DNA of 64,000 nt from Eledone cirrhosa (Eukaryota). The notes beneath the pieces are model-generated. The model saw nothing but the letters and a program-made list of their open reading frames with translations. It made no database searches and was not told where the DNA came from. A program made the translations under genes and the position numbers. Positions within the stretch are counted from its first letter, which is position 1; the number at the start of each line of letters is the position of its first letter. This document shows positions 25,195 through 38,071 of this stretch, piece by piece. The stretch covers positions 13,082,001 to 13,146,000 of the forward strand of contig OZ024752.1 in the NCBI GenBank assembly GCA_964016885.1. Direction: 5' to 3'.

Positions 25195-26281
25195 AAATAA
25201 TAATAATAGGCCATCACATACAAATAAGCAAATAAAAAATAAGGATTAAGAAAGTAAAAAATAAAAAATATTAAGTTGACAGTGATACAAGATGGCAAAA
25301 TTTAAAATAAAAATTAAAATAAGTATAATAATAATAATAATAAATGACCAAACACACGTGGTAAGCAAATGCACAAAAAACCTAAATATATATATTATAT
25401 AAAAATATGTATATATACATAGACCCATACACATATATGTGTACATACACACATATATACATATACACACACATACGCATACATATAAATATACAACCAC
25501 ACCCCATACATATAAACAGCACAGGCACAAAAGAGTATATACATACAAATACATATACACGCACACATAAATGCATACAACCATATACACACATATAGTA
25601 TAAACATTTCTAATAACATTAAAAAAAATATAAAAACTATAAAGTTACATACACGCATACGCATAAGTACGTACACACGCACGCACATACACACACACAT
25701 ATATATATATGTAAATACATATATATATATATGTAGATAAATCTACCAAGAGTTTACGGTAGTGTCCAATCTAACACATATATATCCTAGAAACGATCGT
25801 TAAATAATGAACTTTTTTTGTTTAATATAAGGAACTGTCTCATTGTTTTATTCATTATTTTTTTAATATTTTATATATATATATATATTTATACACACAT
25901 AACACACCTACACACATATATATCTATATATATATATATATATATATATATAGATGTTATTTTGATGTTATTCCAAATTGAAGGATAAGTGTTTCAAACT
26001 TTATTTTATCATGAGTTAAAGGTCTATTGATTTTTCCCTGGATTTCACTAAATTCTGTGGATGAATTTATATCCTGATTCTCTTTTGAGATGAGTTTGAA
26101 TTATTTTTCCTAAATCTTACGTTAACTACTTTTCCCATCTTGACGTTATAGTCGCTTATATGTTATAGAATGCTGTTAGCTTCTTGCTAAAACAATCTCT
26201 ATACCTCTCATTTATACATATATATATATACACACACACATATACATATATACATACATACATACATACATACAAACATAT

Positions 26282-26318
<37 letters not shown>

Positions 26319-26319
<1 letters not shown>

Positions 26320-28076
26320 GGAAAAAGTAATAGCGCAACTAATCAGAGAGAGAATTGACCTAGATGAAATGCAGTTCGGGTTTGTGTCGGGCAAAAGCAC
26401 CAAAGACGCTCTTTTCATAGTACGACAACTACAGGAGAAGTACCTAGCTAAAGGTAAACCCCTCTACTTAGCTTTTGTCGACCTGGAGAAAGCCTTCGAC
26501 AGAGTCACCCGCTCCATTATCTGGTGGGCTCTTAGAAAACTAGGCGTTGACGAATGGCTTGTGAGGGCTATACAAGCCATGTATAAAGAAACAGTCAGCA
26601 AGGTTAGAATTAACAACGAATATAGTGAAGAGTTTAGCGTAAAAGTTGGCGTCCATCAGGGCTCTGTTCTCAGCCCCCTACTATTTATTATTGCCCTTCA
26701 GGCTATAACAGAGGAGTTCAAGACAGGCTGCCCATGGGAACTCCTATACGCAGACGACCTGACACTCATAGCGGAATCAATGGCCGAGCTAGAGAAGAAA
26801 TTCCAAACATGGAAGCACGGCCTAGAGTCAAAAGGACTTAAAATTAACCTGGCTAAGACGAAAGTTCTAGTTTGTAGGAAAGAAAACAAGGCGGCGGTCC
26901 CTTCTGGGAAATGGTCGTGCTCGGTGTGTAGGAAAGGCGTAGGTAGAAACTCCATTTTATGTCCTAAATGCAAAGTATGGGTGCATAAAAGATGTAGTGG
27001 GATCACAGGTAAGCTAACTAAGAACATAGATTTTACATGTGGCCGGTGTTCTGGTGCAATAAGTAGCAGCAAGTGCCCACAAAATACTAGCTCTTTCAAT
27101 TGCGCAGAGGGTTCTATAGAAATAGTGGACAGCTTCCGTTACCTGGGCGATAAAATCAGCAGTGGGGGAGGGTGCTCTGAAAGTACTGTAGCTAGAGTCA
27201 GAACTGGTTGGAAAAAGTTCAGAGAGCTTATACCACTATTAGCTGCTAAAGGGTTCTCCCTAAAAATGAAAGGCAGGTTGTACGATGCCTGCATACGAAC
27301 AGCAATGTTGCATGGTAGTGAGACCTGGGCATTGTGTGCAGAGAATATACGCAGACTAGAGAGGAACGAAGCTTGCATGCTCCGCTGGATGTGTAACAGT
27401 AATATACGTGAACGGCAAAGCATAAACGAACTAAGGAAAAAATTAGAGATAAGAGGGATCAGATGTTGTTTACTCGAGAGAAGGCTGCGTTGGTATGGAC
27501 ACGTGATGCGCATGAAAGTCGATAGCTGTATAACAAAGTGCAGGGCAATGAAGATAGACGGTAGCCACGGAATAGGCAGACCTAGAAAAACCTGGGATGA
27601 GCTGATAAACTCCGACCTCACACACTTACACCTCTCCAAGACAATGTCACTGGACCGAGACCTTTGGCGGTACTCAGTAACAGAGAAGACCCGCCTTGCC
27701 AGTAGGCATCTCTAACAAAATACACCCCGTCCCGCCACCACCCCCACCCCATCCACACCACCCCGTTCTATGTAAAGTTATGTTGGTGCCGCGCCATCTA
27801 GGCCGAAACAAATGAGATCGTGTAGGTGTCACGACAAAAAACACACAGTCCACGCTGTAATGTGGCCGTGTAGGCAACACGGTAAAAACCTCCCAGACCC
27901 ACACTGTAAATGTGGTTGGTGTTAGGAAGGGCATCCAACTGTAGAAAACCTGCCAGACAGTCCTATGCGAGCAAGACAATCACTCTTGCCTCAAGTGGGA
28001 CTACCCCCGTCCAAACCCATGCAAGCATGGAACACGGACGTTAAACGTTGATGATGATGATGATGATGATGATGAT
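26319..28076 (+). mobile_element. 5'-truncated RTE LINE with uninterrupted RT-PHD ORF (26369-27715)
   Basis: QFGF, AFVDLEKAFD, GVHQGSVLSP, YADD, C4HC3 finger, FRYLG and RLRWYGHV motifs. (ATG)n tail and (TA)n flanks. Confidence 0.95.
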
Positions 28077-28231
28077 ATATATATATATATATATATATAT
28101 AATGTAGGAGGTGAGTTTTATTGTAGTACAATAAAGCAATGCAGATATCGGATAAGAAGCACTCTACAGTTTGTAGGACTGGAGTATACATAATATATAA
28201 GAACAAAAGATGGTTAAAAGAGTTCCATGTA

Positions 28232-28297
28232 TTTTATTATGCGCATTTCAAAAACAAATATCATCATGCAATAATATTTGTGTTTTCATCAGATAAA
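28232..28297 (-). ncRNA. Hammerhead motif (copy of 24706-24775) inside a fold-back at about 28193-28370
   Basis: Reverse strand reads TTTAT-CTGATGA-AAACAC...GTTTTT-GAA-ATGCGCAT-A-ATAAA. Confidence 0.72.
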
Positions 28298-28364
28298 TGA
28301 TGATATTTGTTTTTGAAATGCGCATAATAAAATACATGGAACTCTTTTAACCATCTTTTGTTCT

Positions 28365-28396
<32 letters not shown>

Positions 28397-28949
28397 AAAG
28401 AAATACATAAAAATTTATTTTCAATTTTATGCATACATACACACATACATATACACACATATATACATATATATATATATATATATATCATCATCATCAT
28501 CACCGTTTTACGTCCGTTCTTCCACGCTAGCATGGGTTAGACGGGTTGTCCTGTTGTGGGCAGTGTCTGGTCGGCTGACCATGCCTTGCTCATACAGGAA
28601 CTGATTTGGCATATATATATACATACATACATACATACACAAAATAAAAATAAAGGGAAGGAAGAGGTATTCAAATAGTAAAATAGTAGGGCATACAACA
28701 AATAAAAAATAAAGGTATAAATGTTTATAGCTAATTAAGAGCACTCAACAGTTCCTGGAGCAAATAATCAATAAAAGCAAGCATTAAAAAACTCTGTATG
28801 TAATTATGCATATACATAAAAAACCATACACACACACACACGCACACACAACCAACTACATACAAATATATATATATGTATATATATACACACACTAATA
28901 TACACACATACATAAGTACAAAGGGTTACAACACCACATAAATAAAAAT

Positions 28950-28994
<45 letters not shown>

Positions 28995-29291
28995 CACATA
29001 CACATATAAAAATGTATACATACATATACACACACATATATATACATACACTTATATACACATATACACGACAATATACATACACGTAAAATTAATATAA
29101 AAAATCAAAAGGGGGTGGGTATGTAAAGGGTAAGGTGGAGAGTAGGTGGGAATAAGGAAAATAAATAACATAAGAAAAAGTTAAAAAAATAAGAGAGATA
29201 AGGGAGAAAGAGAAAATAAGGGTACAGAAAGTGAGTTCAGAGAGTAATAAAAGTCGTAGTAGATGTGTGGCGTAAAGAGCAAAGAAGAAGT

Positions 29292-31128
29292 TCAAGGTGG
29301 TTGAGTCATCGTAGGAATGTCAATCCAGTAACAGGGCAGATGTGATTTCAGGTGAGGACAACATCTGAAGATCTCGGTCTTGGAGTTAAGGCAAGTTGAA
29401 GTGGCTTTCAAATTCTGTAGAATTCTAAATTTTTCAGTGGTACACAAAGAACAATTCTTTGTGCCCCTTTGGTATTCTCTCGAATGGTCTAAAATAGACC
29501 AATCGATAGAGTACGGGATGTTATTATCTTTGAATTCCCACACCTTATTAGCGAGGGCCGTTGCTGTTCTTTTATCAGAGTGTTTAAAAGAAGCGACATG
29601 TGCATAAAACCTGGTTTTGAACCTGTCTTGAGTCATACCAACATATTGTTCACTCCTGGCTGGCTGGTTGTTAATCAAAGGTGTTACTTTGGCCTCATAT
29701 ACAACGGATTTGGTGTTACATTTTCCCTGTAATGGGCATTCATCCGGCTTTCTGCAACTGCATTCTGGATTTATTCTCGTACGATTATAGTTGGTGATTT
29801 TAGACTTCATAGATGGGCAGCAAGAGTAACTAATTTTAACTACATTTCTATTAAATATCTTATAATATCTATGATTAGGGGGAAAATGTTTATCTAGGAG
29901 GTCAAGGAATTTCCTTCCTACATTGGTTTTGACAGTTAGAGAGAAGAGGGGTGTAAACGAAATAATTTTCCTTTTCCTATTATTGTGATTAGTTTTAGGG
30001 GGAGGAGTAGGTAAATATGTAATCTGTTCTGTAAAGCCACTGTTATTGAGGGCTTTATTATAATAAGGGGCAGCTTTATTAAAAATATCTAGAGAAGAAG
30101 ATAAGGTAGAAATCCTACGGCTAATATTGGGAATAAGATTTTTTTAAACTATAGGGGGATGGCAAGACTCTTTGTGTATATATCTTAGATTCTCGTTAGG
30201 TTTATGGTAAGGTTTAAAAGAGACAGTAAGTAGATCAATATTAATGTCAAGAAAGTTACCATTGGTAAGGTTCGTATCTATAGTAATTTTAAGGTTAAGA
30301 TTAGCAAAAGTATTGATTAAATCTTTACGGAATTTATCAAGATTATGGCCGTTGGTGGTATGAGAAACTGCCAATCCATCATCATGGTATAAACTGATAT
30401 TATGGGAAGGAAATTTCTCTTTAAGGGTGTGGAGAAGGAATAATCCTACTAAGTCACACACATCCGCACTGTCATATGAACCCATTGCAACATTGAAAGA
30501 GTTTTCTGGGCTTGACTTTTTAACCCAAATACTTTCATTAGTAAAGAGTAAAGTTTTCCTAGCATGAAAAATAATGTCTTCTGATTTAGAAATATTAATG
30601 AAAGGTCTTGCAAAATCTAAGGCTTTATTTAATAAGGAAACAGTAATACAGGGGTAAAAATCAACAATATCGAATTGGGTAAATCTACACTTATTTTTAC
30701 CTTGTATATTATTAAACCAATAAATAACAGAGGATGTATTTAACCATTGTGATAAGTCAGTCTTAGTTCTAATTTGGAGAATTATTTTTCTTAAGATTTT
30801 TTTACTTGCAAGGCCAACTTCGGATTTAGCCGGGTTAATCAGTCTACAACTAGGTCAATTAGTAAAGTCTAATTTATGGTCTTTAAGGGTAATATAAGCT
30901 TTATGTTTAGCTAGGCTTTCAATCCGGTTGTCTATTTTTAAAGAACTAGCTAGTTCTTTAGCTTCATTATTAATAGTATTGTAGGTGTTATTGTTAGTTA
31001 ATTGATATTTTCAAATCCACTGTCAATAAAGACACCAGGATTTTTTCATTCTGATACATGAAAGAAGTTTTGGTTGCTTTCAAGAAACCACTGGTAAATG
31101 AAATAATTATCTTATGTTGTTTATTACA

Positions 31129-31132
<4 letters not shown>
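29292..31132 (-). mobile_element. Penelope-like element (RT plus C-terminal GIY-YIG), 5'-truncated, with inverted pLTR fragment at about 31008-31132
   Basis: RT motifs YITLKDHK, CRLINPAKSE, QFDIVDFYP, MGSYDSADVCDLVG and YHDDG. GIY-YIG: CSCR..ECPLQGKC..KSVVY...YVGMT..FKTRF..H. The inverted 5' segment holds a mutated hammerhead (CTGATAC). Confidence 0.9.
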
Positions 31133-31188
<56 letters not shown>

Positions 31189-31286
31189 TATATATATAAA
31201 TATATAAATGTTTCATTCGAAGGAAATCATCAGGAAAGCCTTTCCTGATAATTTCCTTCTAATGAAACAATTCTAGTCCTGTAGAA

Positions 31287-31323
<37 letters not shown>

Positions 31324-31557
31324 GCAGGGATAAGCAGATGTAAAATGAAATGATGATATTATAAATGTGGTTGGTGTTAGGAAGGGCATCCAGCTGTAGA
31401 AAACCTGCCAGACAGTCCTATGCGAGCAAGACAACCACTCTTGCCTCAAGTGGGAAAACTCCTGTCCAAACCCATGCAAGCGTGGAACATGGACGTTAAA
31501 CGATGATGATGATGATGATGATGATATATAGTATAAAAAAACGAAAAATCAGTGATG

Positions 31558-32823
31558 CATCTGGACTCAGTTTATTGCATGTTACAATTGTTTCGCCGGC
31601 AGGTAGCTCGCGACATAATCACTGTATAGATCTGGCTGATTCTACGGCTGCAGGTTCCTTCGGAGCAAATTTTCTCAGTGGGGTGTTATCGTCAAAAAAA
31701 CATCTTCCCTTCTTGTCATGCCATTGGCTGTTGTTATTCTACGTCATCTTAAGTTCTGGTCATTATTTACTGCTACACGGGTCATCAGCCATTTTCCGTC
31801 CGGCACACTTCAATGGAGTCATGCTGGGTTCAGGATGTCACACATCTGTTCACACTCCAGAGTATATATGTTATTTTATGGTATATTGTGTTTTTTATTA
31901 TATATTGTATTTTTATTTTACGGTTTTGTTTATATATGTATATGTGGAAGCATGTGTGTGTAAGCAAATATGCATATGTGCAAGTGTCTGCATGTGGCCA
32001 TCTGTGTGTGTATGTATATGTATGTAAATGTATATATGTGTGCATGTATATATGTATGTATATATGTATGTCTATGTCAGGTCACCAGTTGGTGCTACTG
32101 GTAACATGTATCCCAGTACAACCTGTCTCATGGTCGGGTCGTTGGCGACTAAACTGGCAACCCCACCAAGGTTTCTTGGTGAGGAGGGTGACTTTGGACA
32201 TCCTGCAGGACTAAAAACAAAACCTGTCAAAGGGCAAAGGAGCTCTTAAGAGTCAATGGCCATCCAAAATCACCGGGAGAGATGACCCCTTAGCCTTTGT
32301 CAAGGCAGAATTCTAGGAGAAGGAAAACTCTGATATAACACCTGCAACCCTGATGGTATCCAATGATGTTGAATTGTTCTTCTTTTTGGTAAATATCATC
32401 TTGGTTAAGAGAGTGGGACTGGCTTTGTGCAGTGCCTTTGCTCACTATAAAAGCTTCACAGCACAGGCATTGCTTTATATCTGGAGATCTCTCTGCACTT
32501 GTCATCAGATGGTACCATGGGCCCAGCACTATGTGTCAATAATTGTCACAGGTGTAGTGTTTGTGCCAGAGTTTTCAGGTCGCTGGCTGGACTGAAAAGT
32601 CACACTCGTTCAGCGCATTGGTGGGGGTTCTCCTACATGGATATAAAGTAGTGGCCGTACTCGAAAACGAGTTGGCAGCCACCATATATGTATGTATATA
32701 TGTATGTATATATGTATGCATATATGTATGCATATATGTGGGTGTGCATATGCATGTAGAGTTTTTTATGTGTGTGTATGTATGTGTGAATGTAGTTATG
32801 TGTACGTACGTGTATTTTGTATG

Positions 32824-32863
<40 letters not shown>

Positions 32864-33832
32864 AGGTTGTGTGTAGGTATGTGTGCGCATGTATGTATGT
32901 GTATGTTTGCGTGGGTGTGTGTACACATATGGACATATGTGCGTATAGGTTTCTACGTGTATGTGCGTGTATACAAGTGTATGTGTATGTATGTGTGAGT
33001 ATGCATATATGTATATGTGTATACGTGTGTCTGCATGCGTGTGTATATGTGTGTGTGTCTATGCACACACACACATATAAATAATGATATATATATATAT
33101 ATATGGTGTGTGTATCTGTCAGTGGGGGTGTGTGAGTGTGGGCGCGTACGTACACCCACATAGGACATGGTTTGTCTATGTGTTTGTATACGGGTGTTTA
33201 TAAACGTATGTGCATACAGATGTGTGTGTCTGCGCGTGTGTGCGCGTTTGCGTGCGTGTGGGACCGGATGTATGGCGCGGTTTAGGCAGGCGCTTATAGG
33301 ATTGTGGCGGTCGGTATCTAGAAGTGGGTGTGCCTGTATATAAGTGGGTTTGTAGAAGAGCGGGAGAGTGTGTGCGTGTATATATGTGCTTGGGGTAGGT
33401 GTCTCTACACATGTATGCGCAGATATGTGTATGCGCGCATGTGTCTGTGCCTGCCCGTGTGTGTGTGTATGTGTGTGTGTATGTGTGGGTACATACTCTG
33501 GAGTGTGAACAGACGTATGAGATACCAAACCCAGCATGACTCCATTGAAGTGTGTCGGACAGAAAATGGCTGATAACCTGTATAGCAGTAAATAGTGACC
33601 AGAACTTAAGATGACGTAGAATAACAACAGCCAATGGCATGACAAGAGGGGAAGATGTTTTTTGAAGGTGTTTTTTTGACGATAACACCCCAGTGAGAAA
33701 ATTTGCTCCGAACGAACTACCCGTGTCCGAAGGAACCTGCAGCCGTAGAATCAGCCAGATCAACACAGTGATCATGTCTCGAGCTACCTGCCGGCGAAAC
33801 AATTGTAACACGCAATAAACTGAGTCCAGATG
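31558..33832. repeat. Diverged inverted repeat (about 31558-31865 and 33493-33832) bracketing microsatellites and LINE debris
   Basis: The arms are reverse complements with indels. They contain CTGATGA/CTGATAA and GAAACAATTGTA boxes. Confidence 0.8.
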
Positions 33833-34417
33833 TTTTTTTATACTAACCACACTCTACTCTGTATGAATATTGAGTGCTAATTTTGACATACTGCCTATGG
33901 AGGCACCATAGCTACCATTATACACAAGAATATATATATATATATATATTTAGCTTATAAGTCCAGCACTTATAAGAAGACTTAGACAGTTACATCAATT
34001 GGATGTCAAATTATTGAACAAAGGGCTGACAGATTGTATGTAATCTTCTATTTTGTACTATGTCCATGAGCAAAACCCCTAATTCTCACTAGTTCTATCA
34101 ACTTCATTGGACATAAGCTCTATTGGGTAATTACAATATGTACTACTATCATCTTCACCAATGTCATCACCATCATTTACGTTTATCCATGCTGGCATGT
34201 GTTAGATTGGTCATCACAGAACAAGTCAGTACTTAACCAGAGCTACTGTCTTCCCAGAGGGCCTAAATCCATGCCCCACATACTTTCTAATTCTGGCATG
34301 GTTTCCACAGCTGGGTGCCCTTTCTAAAACCAGCCACTCGACAGAGTGTACTGGTTGCATTTTATTGTGGCATTAGGACTAAGGAGATTGCCATGTCTTT
34401 TATACAACTTAAAAGAG

Positions 34418-34764
34418 TCCTCTCAATTCCTTATTTGGCATTTTGCTTACAATTGTGGTCCTTGTTTGAGAAAACACTTTAATTTTATCTTTTCACGAAA
34501 ACCTCCTATGTTGTATTCCTGGAAAGCCACATATTTGTGTCATATATTGTTTCTACTTTTGGCACAAAACCAGCAATTATCCCAGTACTACTAATACACT
34601 GGGGTAATTGCTGGCCTTGTGCCAAGAGTAGAAACAATATATGAATCAAGTATGTGGCTTTCCAGAAATACACCATAGAAGGTTTTTGTGGAAAGATAAA
34701 ATTAAAGTGTTTTCTCAAACAAGGAACATTTGTAAGAAAATGCCAAATAAAGAATTGAGAGGAC
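34418..34764. repeat. Imperfect fold-back (about 170-bp arms) containing SINE tails
   Basis: TCCTCTCAATTCCTTATTTGGCATTT... is mirrored by ...AAATGCCAAATAAAGAATTGAGAGGA. Confidence 0.8.
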
Positions 34765-35047
34765 TGGAATAAATTTTTTTTTGGTAATGAAGATGAGGCA
34801 AACATTTCCTATCCCCCTTTACCAAACGATAAAATTATTGAGTGAATTAGTGATAATTAATTTACTGTGAGTAATTTGTGTATTACAATTACATTCTCTG
34901 ACCTACAAATTTGTTGTTCAACACTTTGACCCATCTATAATGACTGAAATAATGTAATGCTCTAGACATGTAGTTATTCCATTTTATTACTTTTGCTTTA
35001 ACAAAAGTAATAAGCAGCTGTCTAGTACCTTAGTCTCAAATATTCAC

Positions 35048-35208
35048 CTAATTTCTTTTTCTTCGTTCAACAAGGTTTCTGTTTTAGATATAATTGACTT
35101 TAATTTTATATTCTTGACATCAATCACCTGGCTATAGGTTTCCTCTTTTACTCCAAACAATCCTAAACAGCTACTTCTTACTGTAGCAACAGAACCACGG
35201 CTTGTGTG
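35048..35208 (-). CDS. CFAP44: CFAP44 exon 6/13
   Basis: tatag/gtgaat boundaries. Open frame HTSRGSV...ETLLNEEKEI(R). Phases (0 in, 2 out) bridge exons 5 and 7 exactly. Confidence 0.75.
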
Positions 35209-36341
35209 CTATAAAAAAATATTGCAAAATTATTTATTTTCATAAGCTGAAAAAAAAGAGAGTGACAGATATCCAGAAGTGAATCCTCCATCCCCACCTT
35301 CCATACACCTCCCATGTGTTAGCACTCCCCCCACCTCCTAACACTCCACCCTTAAACTATGCCCCTCATACACACCTCCTCCTGCCCAAGTCCGCAGCCC
35401 ATACTGTAAAGTGGTCATGAGGCAACATGACAAAAAGTGCCCATTCCATACTGTAAAGTGGTCATGTAGGTGTCATGACAAAAAAACACCTAGTACACAC
35501 TGTAAATGTGGTTGGTGTTAGGAAGGGCATACATCCATAGACACCAAGCCAGAACCAGTTCTGTATGAGCAAGACATGATCATCTGTTCTGGTTTGGCTA
35601 ACCACAGGACAACTTGTCTAACCCATGGTAGTGTGGAAAAATGGACATTAAACAATGATGATGATGAATTGAAATTCTACAACCCCACCCCCTCGAAAAT
35701 GTTATCGATTTCAATTCCAATATTTTTTAAACGAAATTTCAATTCAATACCAAATTTTATTAAGTGACTAAGAATCGCTGGGTAGATTTTAAGGGCAAAA
35801 CCAACTGGCAGGAGACATAGAAGCAGACCCTGAGCAAGATGGTTGGATAACATCCATGAGCTTGGCTGGTCATGCTTGGGGATTCAGCGGGATCATTTGG
35901 AGACGGTTTCTTCTGACAGGTCCCGCTGGAGGGAGTGTTTGAGGACTCTGTGCCCACGACCCTCCCAGGAATAAGAGGATGAAAAAGAAGAAGACTAAGA
36001 GCCTTCTCCTAGATATGTCATTTCACATCTATCACATAGTGAAGCCAATAGCTGCCAAATCTCCATTTGATGGCTTTCTTGCTGCTGCCTTGTAATTTTA
36101 CAGGTAAAACATAAGTATAGTTAATGACCAAAATAATATGACCCCAAATACAAGCAGCTAAAATGGGCTTCCTCTGAAGGGTCTTTGGAGTAATGTTACT
36201 TGATAAAGTGCATAGTTGAAAGATCAGTGAGTAGAACTGCTACTTCTCCAAATTGAGAGATCACAGCACTAGTACTATAGACATGTGGTTAGAATGGGGG
36301 TCCCCTGAAGGGTCTATAGAGTAACATTATTTCATAGAGTG

Positions 36342-36527
36342 GGTGGGTTGGCAGTATTGGTAGAGGGTCGGATGCCATGCTTTGACGCATAGAGTTATGG
36401 CCCTTGCCATTCTAAGTTCAAATCCCGCCGAGGTTAACTTTGCCTTTCATCCTTACGGGGGTCGATAAAATAAAGTACCAATAATGCACTGGGATAATTG
36501 CTGGCCTTGTGCCAAAAGTAGAAACAA
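36342..36527 (+). mobile_element. SINE family A with TSD (TTATTTCATAGAGTG)
   Basis: Direct repeat on both flanks. A and B boxes present. Confidence 0.88.
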
Positions 36528-36952
36528 TTATTTCATAGAGTGTGTAGCTTGGAGATCAGAGAGTCACTCCAGGTTGAGCTGCTACTTCTCCAAATTGATA
36601 GATCACAGCTCCAATACTTCAGGCATGAGGTTTAAATGTCTCAGGAAAGAAATGCTGGACAGATTTTACAAGAAAAACACCAACCAATAGGAGACACATA
36701 GCAATATGGTTGGATAACATCCATGAGGTTGGCTGAGCTTGCTTGGGGATCCAGCCAGATCAGTTGGAGATGGTTGCTTCTGACAGGACCCACTGGAAGG
36801 AGTGTTTGAGGACTCTGACTCACATCCCTCTCAGGAATAACTGGGAGAAGATGATGATGCCTTAATGAGCTTTCAATTGTCCCATCATTGAATTACGTCC
36901 AACAAGTGAATTAATATGTATATGGCTGAGTATTCCAAAGACAGGTATTAGT

Positions 36953-37180
36953 TTAACCCTTTAGCATTTAAACTGGCCATATCCAGCCAGAATACACTTA
37001 CCTCTTTCTGTTCAAACTGGCTGTAACTGGCAACTCATACTGATGTTAAGTTATTGTTCTTAAAATAAATAATATCAAAATCTCATAGATTCGATATCAT
37101 GTGAAATATTATGTAAGGTAAAGCCTTTACCACAAAAATACAATAGTATATATAGAGTAATGTAAATGCTAAAGGGTTAA
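36953..37180. mobile_element. TTAA-flanked MITE
   Basis: TTAA|CCCTTTAGCATTTA...TAAATGCTAAAGGG|TTAA. Confidence 0.85.
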
Positions 37181-37318
37181 GTCTGTTCTAAGGCTGGATG
37201 ATCATCAAGCTAGAAACTACATTCTTATCTCAAAAATTCAATCAAAATTTGTTGTTTCAACTATAAAACAAAATGAAAATATGGAAATATACAAAGTGTG
37301 CTGGTTGATTATAGTTAC

Positions 37319-37454
37319 CCTCCAAGCCATAATAGGTGGAGCTGGTTCTACATCCGTAGCAGTTCGTTCTTTGACACCCAACACTAACATCTTGTCTGTT
37401 CTAAGTAATTTTTGCTTAAAATGTACCAGATCTTCTATTTCGAATTCAAATTTT
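37319..37454 (-). CDS. CFAP44: CFAP44 exon 5/13
   Basis: aatag/gtaact boundaries. Encodes KFEFEIEDLVHFKQK...IMAWR. Phase 2 start matches the previous exon. Confidence 0.82.
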
Positions 37455-38071
37455 CTATTAAATAAAATTAAGCATGTTTGAGAACAATTAAAATGTGAAG
37501 AATATAGATAATACAATATAGAGATTACATACACACACACATTGCTATTATCGGTGGATTGACAGTATTGGTAGAGTGTCAGACACCAGGCTTTATGGTA
37601 TAGTGTTACGTCACTTTACGTTCTGAGTTCAAATCCGCTGAGGTTGCTTTAACTTTCATCCTTACGAGGTCGATAAAATAACGTACCAGTAATGCACTGG
37701 GGTTGATTTAATTGACTTTCCCCTCCCCTTCAAATAGTTGGTCTTGTGCCTAAATCAGAAACAATTAATAATATCATTTTACATCAATGTTTCTATGTTT
37801 GCATGGGTTTGATGGGTCTTTTCCAGCTCAGTTTGTTCTATACTCTGAGTGATCTTATGTCAACTTCTCTCTGGTTCAGTGAAATCAGCTCTTACCACTT
37901 CTGTCTTATTTAGTCCTCCTCAACTGCTGTTTCTTTGGACTTCCATCATCTGACATTTCTTCACCCAGTCATAATCATTCAATATGCATTATGTCTCCAT
38001 ACCAACATGCTCTTCTCTTTTGCACCCTTCATCTGATTCCTCTTATATCTAGTTTGGGGGTTCCTCCATAG

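Noticed and set aside
25740-25810. GAAACGATCGTT palindromic stem III-like box (similar box at about 4061)
   Set aside because: No CUGANGA box found upstream, so at most a dead remnant.
31210-31268. Hammerhead at CTGATGA on the minus strand
   Set aside because: It is a simple palindromic hairpin and no stem II/III arrangement is possible.
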